Of a stretch of DNA of 64,000 nt, positions 27,100-40,500 are shown piece by piece. Source of the DNA: Bilabrum cf. latius (lineage: Eukaryota); assembly GCA_965178125.1 (NCBI GenBank), contig OZ237773.1, positions 310,001 through 374,000 on the forward strand. The letters are read 5' to 3'. The notes under the pieces are model-generated. The model made no database searches. It worked only from the letters and a program-made list of their open reading frames with translations, and was not told the origin of the DNA. Positions within the stretch are counted from its first letter, which is position 1. Each line of letters opens with the position of its first letter. Made by a program: the position numbers and the translations under genes.

Positions 27100-27639
27100 C
27101 CCAGCTGCTGATGTAGCAAAATTACAGTGTAACAACAATCTTGAATGCGATGAATGCACGCGTGCAATTGTAGGGGCTCTTTGACAAGTATATGCAAGCG
27201 AATTACAGCTACACAAGGCACTGTAGCGGTACAAATACGAATGCGAGCAGGTCGATAGGCAAGAATGTATTGAAATAGATAATTTCAATAATGCAGCGGT
27301 AATGCCGCGATTCACCGCGCTCACAGTCTCAACAGCCACCGGGAACGAGCAGCTTCGAACGCGCTGTAACAACGCTTTCCACCGTCTCAGTTAAGCGCCT
27401 ACACACAGTCTGTAACGATATTTAGTATGAATACGTGATGTTCCTTAGATACTATACGCCAGAGGTTCGCGAAATGTAATGTCCGCGATTGTGTCTAGAC
27501 CTATCCCTGGACCAATCCCCCCGTCACTGGCAGTGCGATCGTGCATTGCAATCACCGGTTTCCGGTTTCAGCACCACTGCCACATGACCCTTCAATTCCA
27601 ACTGGAATCGGGCTGCATGCATGGCACCACACAGTCGGT

Positions 27640-29880
27640 TCAGCAGTTCTGCGATTCGAGCCGCTCCAGGAACTGCACCAGCCCCTGCTCCTGCTCCTGC
27701 TCCTCTCGGGGCCGCTTGGATCCCAAGGAGCCCCTCCCCCCCCTGCGTCTAGCGCTAGTCGAAGCGTCACCGCTACTGGTCCGAGCGAGGCTGGAAGTGC
27801 TGCTGCTGCTGGCTCTCCTTCCCACCGCAGCCCTAGCCCCAGCACCAGTGCCAGACACACTGGCAGCACCTCGACCTATGCTGCTAGTGGTCGCGTCCGG
27901 CCCGAAGGGCAGCCCCCTCAATATCGGCTCCGATTCCACGCGGGGCCTTACTTCCTCCTCCTTCTCGCCGCCCCCCGGTTGACCCCATGGATTACTTGCA
28001 CGATCGGTGCTACCATGCAGAGGCAACCCATCGGCGAGTTCCTCCGAGCGGATCCCCACCCTAACCCTGCCCATGCTCGTGCCCGTGCCCGTGCCCATGC
28101 CCATAGATCGCCCAAAGCTGTCATCCCCCCAAGGGTCGCCCCCATCAGAACCCGCATACACCTACCAGTGGGTCTGCCGGCCACGGCCCACACCCACGCC
28201 GCCCATCCTGCGCACTCTCGAGGCTCTCTGTGCCCGGGAGGACGATGACGAGGAGGAGGAAGATGGCGTCGAGGAGGAGGAGGAGGAGGAGGAGGAGGCA
28301 GGCGAAGCGCACGCCGCGGGGCGGTTGCTGGGGGCGCTCCTGCTGGCTACCTCGGGCTCGTGTGACCAGTACGGCCCCCGGTTCAGGCTCATGCTTCGAC
28401 CCGTCTGGCTGTCATGCACCCGGATCCGCTTGGGACTCCTCCTGCTGCTTTCGCTGTTGCTGCTGCTGTCGCTGCGAGCCGTCTAGTGGCCTGCGTGCGA
28501 GCCTGGCGGTGTCGCCTCGCTAGATGATGATGGCGACGGTGAAAATGTGACGAGTGATGCGGCCATATCGGCTCGCCCACTCGTCGCAGCCTGGCCACGA
28601 GGCTTCTCAGGTGAGTCTGAAATATCCCTGCCAGTGGCGATGGAAGGCCCCCTCCGCCGAGGGCCCGTCCCCATCCCCTGGCCTGTGCTCGTCCTCGCCA
28701 CACCCCTTTTTCCTCCTCCTCCTCCTCCTCCTTCTCTTCCTTCACTCTGATGTCGCCAGCTCCGTAACCAGCAGGCCGACGTATCCGGGAACAAGCCCTT
28801 GGCTGTGCCATCTCCAGCCCCTACTGGGGTGCCTGCCCCCGCCCTCCGGCCCTTCCCGTCCTAGTCCTCATGTTCGTTGTTGCCCCACGCCGGTCCACCT
28901 CTGCGGCGCGTGGCCATGGGGCTGTACTAGGGAACCATTAAACCCCCGTCTGACATGCTAGTCTTGCTCCTCCTGCTATGATATGTGGAGGCCCGGTGCT
29001 TCGGGGTGGAGCGTGAAGCTGTTGTGGAGCGTTCCGCTGCGCCTGTACCCGTGCCAGTACCCGCTGCGAGACCTATGTTCGTTTCATCTTCCCAATCCGT
29101 TGTAGCGCTGGAAGCCTCCTGGCAGGACCGCGTGGAGGATGTGCCTCGCCTTCTGATGCGCTCCCGACTGCTCTTCTACGTGGGCCGCAGCTTCAGCCGG
29201 CTCAACCGCTCGGCAACTTCGTCTGTCCCCAATAAAATCTCGCGACCCGATGCATCCGGGTATATATCAGTGATAAGTCGTGGCAAACTTGAAGCAGGGC
29301 CATTTTGACCGCTCGACAGTGACGTCTGACTATCGTCGTCGCTTGCCGCTTCCGTTGCCTTGGCATCTTGGAACGGTCTCGCCATGGTTTTCTCCACAAC
29401 TCCTTCCGCTGCAATTATATCCAAGTTAGGTACATGCTCGTCCCGTTTGCTGCTCATTGGCAGCCTCGGAAGCTCATGTGAACCTCCAATGGAATCTACG
29501 ATCCTCGCGGCACTCGCTGGCTCATGCAAAGCATGCGCTGTCGCAATCTGGCCATGATGCTACCTTCCAGATTGATTTGCATGCATGGGCCCAACATATG
29601 GTTGTAGCATTGCACTCGTGCCGTCGCTATCCAAGTATACCTTGTCGGCGTGCGCTACCGATTGGAAAGAGGAAGCAGAGTGGTCGCGACGTTGAATCGA
29701 GTGGCCTCGAGCAAACGAGTCTGTACCCAATAAATCTCCATCGTCATCTGTCTCGCGAAAACTCTGCTGCTTCGCCATTCGCGAGGCACAGTTGGCTCGC
29801 GGACTAGCGCCCGACTGATGAAGGCGTTGCACACCGACCAATGCAGAGCTGGCTCCAAGCTAGTTTTGGACGTCAGGGTG
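27640..29880 (-). CDS. Unknown Ser/Arg/Gly-rich disordered protein (gene G); upstream exon(s) unresolved
   Basis: GCAG acceptor at 29881, then one frame of about 2.2 kb to TGA 27640 with TAGs at 29860, 29560, 29176, 28927, 28861, 28483 and 28162. Confidence 0.58.
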
Positions 29881-30561
29881 CTGCAATACACGATTAAATC
29901 GGATAGATGTGTCTTGCGGGAGCATGCGGTCGCTACATATCATCTGTGCCAGAGGTTGCGGTGTTAGTTCCGGGAGCAAGATCTAGGCCCACCGTCTGAT
30001 TCACAACCGGAACTCGCTTTGCAGAGCTGTTGACCATGCAAAGGACAAAAACTACAGCAAACTGCACCGGCCTTGTGGAGAGCATGGCGCGGTACCAGCT
30101 TCGAGAGAGGTATATAGCTCACCGTGTGGTCGCTGTCACCAGACCGCAGCGTGGCTGCGCCTGTCTCGAAGGCAGCCACCCGTCGCAAAGTGTTCTTATG
30201 ATTGCCGTGAATATCTGGAGCAATCTATACGAATCCGCACTGCATGCGACCTGAAACCGGCCGGGACTCGCCAGGCGGCCTCGCCACCTCGCACTGTTGG
30301 CAGACGACAGGCGCCGGACGTGGCACGCCGGCGGCGGGGTCAGTTCCGGTTCGGTTCCCGAGCAAAAGTGCACGGCACTGGAGAGCGATAGTATGGCTAG
30401 ACTCTACAGAATTTGAATGGACCCAGCACAAATTGCAATGCTTTAGGCTTGTTTGCAACGGGATGGTGTCATAAGGTGCCTTGATTCGCATAAGCTGGTG
30501 CGTCTTGCTGCTGCCTGCTGCTGCGCTGTTCTGATTTCCACCGCCGCTGCTGCGCTTGTTC

Positions 30562-33500
30562 TTACGTAGGCTCATTCACATCACCCTCCTCATCCTCATC
30601 GCCACCCATCATCTCTAGAATCTCCTATTTCCTGTCAGCCGCGCTCATGGAGCCATCATTCTTGCTTCCTGCCCCCGTGATGAGCTGCACGAGCCAACGA
30701 CCTGCTCTCCTGCGCCACGCATCGCTGGCCTCTTCCATCGATTTCGGAGGCTCCTCCCCGCTTCCGACAGTCATTTCATACTCGGTCGGAAGCTCGTCGT
30801 CGAGCTCATTTTCTATGCCCTAGCTCCCGCTCTCACCGGCACCGGCCTCCTCGCCGGAACCCAAGTCCTCTCCGTCCACGCCGGGCTGCTCGCCCTCCTC
30901 CTCGTCGCGTTCCTCTTCCCCCCCAGCGGACTGCCCCCAGAGGTCCTGCCCCTTCTCTTCATTATCCTCATCGTCGTCATCGTCCACGTCCGGCCATCGA
31001 TCGCTCCTGAGACCAAGGATGTTGGCGCGGTCCTGCGGCATGGGGGGGCGCTCGATCTCCAGCACGTCAGGGCAGGAGGCATCTGCGGCTGCTCCCTGGA
31101 CGGTGCTTCGCCCACCTTCGCTACCATTTCCAGTGGCCTGCCGGCTTCCGCTCTCTCCCGTGGCCCCTGTCCCTGCCCCCATCTTCGCCCAAGGTGGCAG
31201 CCCTGCACCCCTGAGTGTGTCCATGACCCGTCTGTCCCTTATCTCTTCCCGCCTGCGGTACAGCTTGATCCGATCCTCCAGTCCCGCTCCGATCCTCTCC
31301 GTGTCCTCTTTCTTGTCCCCCTCACCCACATTCCCATCCTCATCTTCATCCTCGTCGTCCTCCTGCTGCATCTCCCGCACCTCCGCCTCCCTTCGCTCGT
31401 GCACGATCTCGCGGGCGCCAAACCAGTAGTCGCGCTCTTCCAGTGCAGACAGCATCTCCGGGTCTTCACACTCGTTCACGCCGGCGCTGCGTACCCACGA
31501 ACCTTCGCCAAAGTTCGCCGAGCCCCGGCTCTTCCTGGTCGCGTGCCGCCGGCCCCCGCCCCGTCGCTGGTCCTCATCCTCATTTTCCCCCTCCCCCATC
31601 CCCTCCATGTCTCCGTCCTCCCCACGACCCCCGCCCACCACCCCCGCTTGTTCCCCGAGCTCGTCATCCCAGAGACCGTCGCCCTCCTCCTCCCCGGGCT
31701 CCAGCACGCGCCCCGACAGCCGATGCACTCTCTCCTGGGCGCACCACGCTACCCACTGGTTCAGGTCACGCGCATACACCCGCCTCTGCTCCTGTGTGGC
31801 CCACCACCGGGGCCTCTGATTCACGAGCAAGAGCCGATAGATCTCCGACACCTCGGCCGTGTCCCCGATCGCGCCCAGAGCAGGCTCCGTTCGCTCGAAG
31901 ATGCTGGGCCTCCGCCGGGGGTCCTCGTCCTCCAGGCCCAGGGCAGGGTCCCTCCGCGCCGGCTTCCTCTGCCGCCTGCTCTTGCGCTTGCTCCTGCCCC
32001 CGCTGCTGCTTGCACCGCGCTTGTCATCCTCACCTCCCCCCTCCTCCTCGAGATCCTCTTGCCCCTCGCGAACCAGCGGCCTGTACCTGCCCATTGACAG
32101 GTCGTGCTCCGTGTCCAGGGCCTCTTGTTCCTCAGGGAACAACGCGTCGTGCACGCGGGCGAACTCGTTGAGCAGCCCCCTCGTGTCCTGGGGCGCTGGG
32201 CCCCTCCACCTCATGTGCCAGTAGGGGGCGTTCCTCCACCCCGCCTGCTCCTCCTCCAGCGCAACTGCGGCTTCTCGCCGCGTGGGGCCCTCCAGGATCT
32301 CATCCGTCCTCAGCCGGGCAGCCACCCAGGCCGGCAGGACACCCGTCAGCAGGCTCACCCGCAGGCTGTCGCAGGCTCTCGGGTCCGCGCACAGGGCCGC
32401 CACCCACAGTGTGACGAGTGCGCGGTACCTCGCCGATGCGCTCCTGGCCTGCCGCACGTCCAGCGGCCTGTCTGGGGGAGGCCCCGTGCAGTGCTCGGGC
32501 AGGATCTTGCGGGCGCCCAGGGGCCGGAGCGGGTTGGTGGAAGGGACGATGGGCAGCGCCTGCAGCTCTTCTGGGCTCCTAACGGGAGCGTCGTCGTCTT
32601 CTTCTTCTTCTTCTTCTTCTTCATCATCCTGCTTTTGCTCCTTCTCGCTCTTGGCACCACTACCCTTGTCTTGCTCACCATCCCCACCCAGTGACCTCTT
32701 CTTTGACCACTGTCGGCTCTTGCCCCCATCCGCGCCCTCCTTGTTCCCTGGACCTCCCGTCAGCTAATCCGCCAGATCGGCCCGGCTCGTGATCGGCTTC
32801 CGCTTCCGGGTGGCGTGCCTCTTGCGGGGCACGGGCTCGGGGGCGGCGCCAGAACCAGCACCGTCGGGCGTTTTATTGCCATCGGGAGCTTTCTGTGAGG
32901 ATGCTCCCCCTTCGGAACTGGAGCCATGTTCCCCTGCCTTGTTCCCTGGCTGCTCGTCCACCTGAGCATCCTCGGACTCGCTGCCCTCCATCTGCTGCTG
33001 CTGCTGCTGCTGCTGCGGAGTGCTCTCCTTCCCTGCTGCTGACGCAGTCTCTTCTGCCTCGAAGCCGAGTATGCCCCTCTCATGCTCCTCCCAGACCGTG
33101 AGCTCCGTGTCATCCGCGCCCAGGGAGCGGTAGAACTCGATCGTTTCCTCGCACGCCCGCTCCATCGCAGATCCGGGCTAAAGCGCGCCCCCGGAGTTGC
33201 CCCACCTGTCCAACGCACGGACCTACTCGGCAGCGACAGAGTACCTCTGGTTGTCGAGCGACCGCTCCCGGGCCGTGTACGTGTCCGAGAACTCCCACGC
33301 TGGCGCGTGTCCCCTGGGCTCGTCCACGCCCGTCCTGGCCGCTGCCTGCTCGCAGCACGCCTCGTACAGCTCCAGCTCCAGGAGCCTGCCAACCTCGGCG
33401 CAGCGCGCGCTCACTGTCCCCGGCAAGCCCTCCGCCAGCATCCTATCACACCTCTCGCACAACCAGGCGAGGTCTGCAGTCGGGGGCACCTGGTTGGCGC

Positions 33501-36500
33501 TCCAGCCCCGCCCGTCCGCGCTCCTAAGCGGAGAGCCGCTGGCGCCATCCAGGGTCTCCATGGAGAGAGACTCGCGTTTGTCGGCGAGCCGTCGGCTGAG
33601 CCGCTTCGGGGATGACGCCTAGGCAGAGCCGCCTGCCTCTTCACCGTCACTGCCCTCACCGCGTGCAGCCGCTGCCTGCTTCGCCTCCGCCTCCTTGACC
33701 CTGGGGTCCTCCTGAGACAGGGACAGGGCGCGAGCCAGCGCCTCTGCCACCGCCCTGCGGGCCGATGCGGCGGCGCTGACGTCATACCCGTCAAACTTCC
33801 GCATCCTCCGCAGCCGCTCCTTCGGCCCCGCCAGCAGGTCATTCACAGGGAACAAATCGACCGCGCGAGGGTCCCCCAGGCAGAGAGGGGGCTCTGCCTA
33901 GCCGGCATCGAAGTCAGACAAGGGGCCCCCCAATTCGTCGGTCCCTGTGGCTTCGGTGCTGCTCTTGTTGGGCTTCTGATCCGAGGGGCCGTCAGCAGAC
34001 ATGGGTGCCTGGCCCGAGCCTGACCCACTGGCGCCGCCCCTGGTCCCAACACCACCGCGCCTCGCGTCTCCCTCGGGACGGCACACCCAGCCGAGCCGGT
34101 CAAGTGCATTACACTGCGGCACCCCATCCCCCAGCGCGGCCAGCACGTCCTAAGTCAGCCCCAGAGTCTCCAGCACAGGCAGCACTAACGTCTGGTAGGA
34201 GGGGGCACCTAAGGCCTTCGTGAGTGCCTCCTCGTCCTCCTCGTCCTCTTCCACGGCCAGCTCCTCCTATTTACCTCCTCCTCTTCTTCCTGCTGCCGCT
34301 GCTGCTGCTGCATTGGCCATCGCGCGGCGCTACTTCCTCACCGCCGCCATGACCCTCTGCCTCCTCCTCAGCCGATCCAGAGACACGGCCCCGGGCGCGT
34401 GCCTCCTCCTCCTCCTCTCCGCCCTCGCCTCCCTCCTCTTCGCCTTACGCTCCTGCCTCAGTCTCTGCGCCTCCAACCACGCCAGGTCCTCCTCCTCCAA
34501 GTCATGGCGGGACCGCTTCAGCAGGCGCTTTCTCTTGCGCCTGTCGTCTTCCTCATGAGCCCCAGCGCCCGCTGCCCCGCCCCCCACTGCGTCCCGCGCC
34601 GCTCGCCGTTCCGCCGCCCGCCGCATCGTGTCGGTGCTCATTGCACCTGCTCCGAACCCGATCACGGAGGAGTCATCGCTGTCAGATTCTGTGCTGGCGC
34701 CTCCCCCCAGCAGGCCGCCCACCCGCCCGGACTCGTCTGTGCTGCTCCCGGACATGTCTCCCTCCGACGTGTCGTCGTCGTCATCCTCTTCCTCTTCCTC
34801 GCTATGGATGCCGTCCGCTTCGTCCACACCGTCAGCATGGCCACCAGTGCCGCGCCCCGTCTTCAATGTGGGCATCGCGCTTGCCGCCCCGCCCCTGACC
34901 CCGGGCTTGCGCTTCCTGCGGCCGGGAGATGACGCGTCCCTTGCCCGTGGCCTACCCAAGCCCGCCCCTGCCACCATCCTCCTCCTCTTCTTGCGGAGGG
35001 GTCCGGAGGAAGACACGGCCAAAGCGGCGGAGAGCTTCTTCCTCTGCCTCCTGGCCAGCCGCTGAGCCTCCCTGTCCTTGCCCAAGCCCGCGGCAAACAC
35101 CGCTGCCCTGTGCATGTGCAGACCAGCCAGAGGCCCAGCGAGTCCCATCCCAAAGGAAGCGTCCGGCTGAGCCCTGATGGTCTTGATCTCTGCTCCTGAT
35201 TCCTTGGACATCGCAGCTGCTTTCCTCCGAGCCTCCTGCGCGGCAAACACAGACGGCTGCATCACAAGCTGGGACAGCCGCAGGAGGACGTCCTCCCCGG
35301 CCCCCGCACCGCTTAGCAGACCCTGGGCGCATGCCAGCGCCGTCATCCTGCCCGCGGCCGTGCCCCCCTGTCTCCCGCCCCCAGGGGATTTCACCCCCCC
35401 GCCCTGGGGTCCCCCCTTGGGCACCCCTAGTCTGAGCCTCCTCATCACCATCTGCTTCTCACGGATGTAGTCGCCCAGCTGCGTGCTCTGCGTGGCCAGC
35501 TGGGCCTCCCATGCCTAAGCAGCCTTCACGGCCATGGAACCAGACACGATCCCAGGCTCCGGCTTGGAGCCAAGCGTGCGGCCCCCCAGCTGCAGCAGCA
35601 GACGAGCCACCCCCGCGATGGCGTCCTTCCTCGAGGACGAGGCCGCCTTGCAGCCCATCACCGGCTGGGGGTCGTGGAGGGGCAGCGGGATCTGCGGCCC
35701 GGTGGGCTGCTTGGAAAAGGACCCGTAGGCTGAAGGGGCTGAGGAGGAGGATGAGGTTGAGGAAGACGAGGATCGAAGAGGTTGTCCCTGGCGGGCCCCC
35801 GACCCAGGACGGCCGGATGCACTCGTCACACCGAATGACGAATGCGGCGGGCGGATGCCCCTGGCAAGCGGCCTGTGGCTCAGGCCCCTGCCAGACCCCA
35901 GCTGCTGGTGCTGCGGCCCACCGATGCCCGCCCTATTAGCCATAAAGCTGCCCGGCCTCGCTCTGCGAAAGGACCCTACCTGCGCAGCGCTGGCCCTCTG
36001 CTTGGCCTGCGCCTGCGCCCTCTGCTGCCTCTGTCTCTGCAGTGCCATTGCTTGCTGCTGCTGGATGGCCTGCTACTTCCTGAGCTGCTCCTGCTTGACC
36101 CTCTGCTGCGCCGCCAGATCCCTCTTGGCGGTCTGCTGCAGGCTTTCCAACAAAGAGGGCCGCGGGGGCTGAGGCTTGTTCCCCGCTGTTCCCTGGGGGA
36201 ACACGGGCCTGGGTGCGGGCTTGGCTTTCTTCTTCGATTTTAGCAGCCGATCCCTGAACGCCCGGGCTTGCTTTGCCCTGGCCTCCTCTGCTGCCCTCTT
36301 CTTGGCTGCCTCCTGCCGGGCCCTCTGCAGGGCCGAGGGGAGGCGGGGGGCGGCGGGCGTGGAGGCTGACGGGGAGGAAGATGACGAGGAGGAGGAGGAC
36401 AGCAGAGACTTGGCGGAGATCCCGGCAGCAGCAGTGGTGGTGGTGATGCTGCTCAAGCCGGTGCTGGCCGCTGACAGTGCTGGTGCTGGTGCTGGTGCTG

Positions 36501-37353
36501 ATGTTAGTGCTGGTGCTGGTGCAGGGGTGACAGGTGTTACCACCGCTGTGACCGGCCCTGCCGCCGAACTTGCAATTGCCGCGCTGGTGCTGGTGCTGGT
36601 GCTGGTGCTGCCGGATGCGCCCTGGCCCGCCCGACCCGCCGCCAGCTTGCCCAGCCCGAAGCGGGAGAGGAGTCCCCCGCCTCCCTTCGATCCAGAGAGC
36701 TTGCCCAGCCTGCTCGAGATACTGCCCAGCAGCGAGGACCCGCTGCCTGCGGAACCGCCGGGAGGTGCCTGCGCGGCGCCGGTCGCGCCCGCACTAGGAG
36801 CCTGTGAGCCAACCGCGCTGCCTACTTGCGTTACATCATGCGACGGGCGCGGTTGCTATGTTCCGAACCCGCCTATTTTCGCCAACCGGCTCGCAACGCT
36901 CGATGCGAGGCTCGACTGGGAAACCGACGCAGGGGCAGCTGTGGCCGAAACGCTTGATGATGCGCTGCTCGGCGCAGACCATCGCGTGCTCTGCGCCACT
37001 GGGCCAAGTTGTGATGCCGCTGGTGGAACGTACGATCCAATTGGGCGACCAGGGAATCCAGAGCTTCCTTGCAGGCGGTACCCGCCGTAGCTACCTGGCA
37101 CGGATGGCGGACGAACAGCGCCAGCGACTGGGGGCGCATACCCCCCGCGAAACTGAGTGTAATTGGTATTACCATGTGGGCCTCCAGGTGGCGCGTAGCC
37201 TGGCTAGCCTGCGGGGCGCGGTTGGTACCCTCCTTGCTGGAACGGTTGCGGTGCCCCACGCCCTCGGGGTGGCCGGCCGTATCCTGAATACTGCGACGCA
37301 TTGGATCCTGAAGGAACATACCCACCACCCCAGTGAGGTGGCTAATTGTTCAT
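30562..37353 (-). CDS. Very large unknown protein (about 2263 aa, intronless) with a G/P/Y/Q-rich N-terminus and charged low-complexity blocks
   Basis: Nine ORF-track fragments share one frame. ATG 37353 to TAA 30562 with 15 internal TAGs (37342, 37204, 36856, 36073, 35515, 34330, 34267, 34150, 33898, 33619, 33223, 33178, 32764, 30820, 30625). Confidence 0.72.
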
Positions 37354-37502
37354 GATTCCTTCGCGCACGTGTTGGATATTATTGCTGGGCTTTTTTACTT
37401 TCTGTCATCCAAACAGTTCGCTACTGAATCAATAAACCAGACTACTTTTCCCCGCACTTGCAGGACTGATTGAATTCTGGTATCGCTACTGCCAGTGCGT
37501 CC
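37354..37502. promoter_or_regulatory. Putative bidirectional promoter between the giant ORF and the carboxypeptidase
   Basis: 149 bp AT-richer spacer between divergent ATGs. Confidence 0.45.
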
Positions 37503-40500
37503 ATGTTTGTATTGCTTGTTTCCATATTGCTAGTGCTGCTGGCAGATCGTGCTAGCGGCAGAAATGCTGTTGATGGCCACCCGCAAGAAGCGGATCCGGC
37601 GCCTGCAGTGGTGGAACATTCGACTGGAGCAGGAATCGAAGGCACGAAGGCCAGCACAAATAGCGTGCGATCCGGTGCACTTGTGATAAATACCACGGCC
37701 CGGTCCCTGGGTGGCGAGCTTGCACTTGGCAGAAGGCTAGGGACCGAGCCCCTCAGCTCTATGCCGGACGTGGAAGGCATTGGCAGCGAGCAGAACTCGT
37801 TAAACTCTCCAATCGGGACCCCTCTGTTGCTGTATGGATCTGCTGCGGGGTATCCGACCCGAATGGAATCGGAGAAATTCATGAAGCGCCTTGTATCGTC
37901 GGCGTACGGCACCCTGACGGGCCACACGGAGTTGGACAGAACGCAGGAATACGACCTCCCGATTCACATGTACTGCCTGGGTCGCTGTCCAGCCAAGCTG
38001 GATGCAGACCTGCAAGCGCCCGTCCGCCGGCCCGAAATAAAGGACGGCCTGGCACCCCGCGGCGTGCACGAGCTGCTCCTCAATGCCCTGCACCACGCCC
38101 GGGAGCCCATGACGCTGGAAGCTCTCCTCCTGTTCACGAGGAGACAGATCGAGGCCGTGCGGGCGGGCGTGCCCGAGGCACAGGCCCTGTGGTCCACCCG
38201 CGCAGCCTGGCTGGTGCCCATCGTCAACGTGGACGGGTACGAGTACAACGCAGGCCTGCTCGTCCAAGGGGAGCACTCAACGGCACTGCAGAGGAAGAAC
38301 AGGCACGTGGTGGGGAAGGATCGGTGCAAAGAGGAGACGTACAACGGGGTGGACATCAACCGGAACTATGCCCAGTTCTTCAAACAGGGTGACCCGCAGA
38401 TGGACACCCGCAAGGAGTGGGAGCAGCCATGCGGGGAGGTGTACAGGGGCGCGAGGGCATTCTCGGAGAGCGAGCCCAGGGCGTTGAGGGACTTTCTCAG
38501 CGACAGGTACGAGGCGGGGCAGGTTGCCCTGGAGGAGATGCTGGCGGCGGGGTCCCACGGGTTCGGGCCCGGGAGAACAACGAGAACGAGGGGGGGCAGG
38601 AGCAGGAGCAGGAGGAGAAGCGTCCTGAGGTCCGAAAACAAAGATGCAGCGGGCGGTGGTGCAGGTGCCGCCCCTCGCCGGCTGCAGGGTCTTGCGGAGC
38701 CATACCAGACGGGCGAGCTGTACACGGGTCTTTCAGTCGCTCTCAACCTGCACGCGTACGGTGAGAGCATAAACACCCCCCCGGGGCCGAAGGGGGTGCA
38801 CCTTCCGCCTGGGATCAAGGCGCACGTGCAGTCGCTCGCTGCGGGCCTGGCTCACTCGGGCGGGTCAGTGGCAGAGGGCAGGCAGGGCAAGGGGTGGGAG
38901 TGGGGCACGGCATACGAAATCGTCCAGTACTACGTGGGGGGGGAGGCCTCCGACCACATGCTCTACCAGCATGGCGTGCTGGCCTACAGCCCCGAGGTGG
39001 GGCCCCCTTTCAGGAGGGGCAGTGACCCCGACTTCAAGATCCGCAACGATTGCATGGATCTACCCCCCGCCGCCAAAGGGAACAAATCCGCAGTGCGCGC
39101 GGCGGCGAACTGCTTCATGCCCTACGGAAAAGAGGAGGAGGGGTGGAAAGTGGTCGCATCCATGGCACAAGACGTGCAGCCCGTGCTACAGCAGGCCGCG
39201 TGGGCCGCGGGGCCGCTGCTGCATGCAGTGCAGTGCGATGCATTCGACGGGCAGGGGTTCCAAGGGGACGCGCCGGCTGACGAGACTGGCCCGCTGACTC
39301 CGCTGTCTGCGGAACCGAGGCGCCGCGCGCTGGGGGCCGACAGCAAAGCCTCCCAGGACAATGATGACAGGGCAGATGATGATGCCGATGCCCCTTCTGC
39401 CCCGCCCTAGCCCTCGCCCTCCGACGAGACTGCAGCACCCCCACAGTCCTCTGCCAACTGGAGCGACAGCGTCCCGCAAGACGAGAGGAACCCTGTGAGC
39501 GGCCTGGCTCTGGGGCGGGCGGGGAACTGCACTGCAGTGCAGAAGAGAGCGGGCGGGCTGCAAGAGGCACGCGAAGCAGAAACACCCAAGGCGGACGCGC
39601 GGCTGGTGCACATCCCGGGCACACGAGGCCGGATCCCGGCAGACAGCACCCCGCCCATGGCGTGCCGGGACGTGGGCCTGGATCTCAGGATTAGAAATTC
39701 CGGGTCCATGCCCACCCAGGGCCAGGTGCGCGTCGGGCTGCTGGTGCTGCCCCCTGGCCAGCCGGACGCGGTGGGCGGCTAGCTGCAGTACAGGGACAGG
39801 CACTCGCTCGCCGATGGGTTTCGGTTCATGGAGGTGCCGTGGGCCGGTCAGTCCAGCGAACCAGGGAACGTTCGCTCGGACGACCCCACTTTGCTGGCCG
39901 CCGTGGACCGGGACCTCCTAGGGGAGGATGCGGCCGCAGGGCTGCAGTCCATGGATGATCGGCTGGCTGCCGACTGGAGCGCCTCAATGCAGCAGGTGGA
40001 GTCGGGCGCGCTGGCCGGTATCGCGCCCCAGCTCACCAAGGGCCGCAGGAGGGCGAGGGCGCTGCAGGCAGCGAGGGCAGCGGGGGCTCTGCTGCTACTG
40101 CTGGACCAGGAGCAGGCAACCGGATTGGATGCTCAAGGTGTGGTGGGAGCAGAACATGTCTCGGGGGGTGCATAGGATGGTCGGCTGCTATTGCGTGCGT
40201 GGGCATCGGAGCAGGCCGGGAGCAGGCTACGAGGGGCCGTGAAAAGCGGGGCTGGCAGGGGCAGGAAGCTCCGAGCAGGGAGTGATGCACTGCACGGTGG
40301 TGCTCTCGAAGGGCTTGCGCGGCAGCTGCACGACGTGCTGTAGGACCGCCCCGATAAGCGAGCCTCGCTGATGAGAGCCATGCTTCTGGGGTTCGAGTGG
40401 ACCGGGGCTGGTGATGGTGATGGTGCTGCTACTGGTGGTGATGGAGGTGACAGAGGAAGGATGCTGGGCCAGACCGGTGGTGAAGTTGCACTGGATGACA

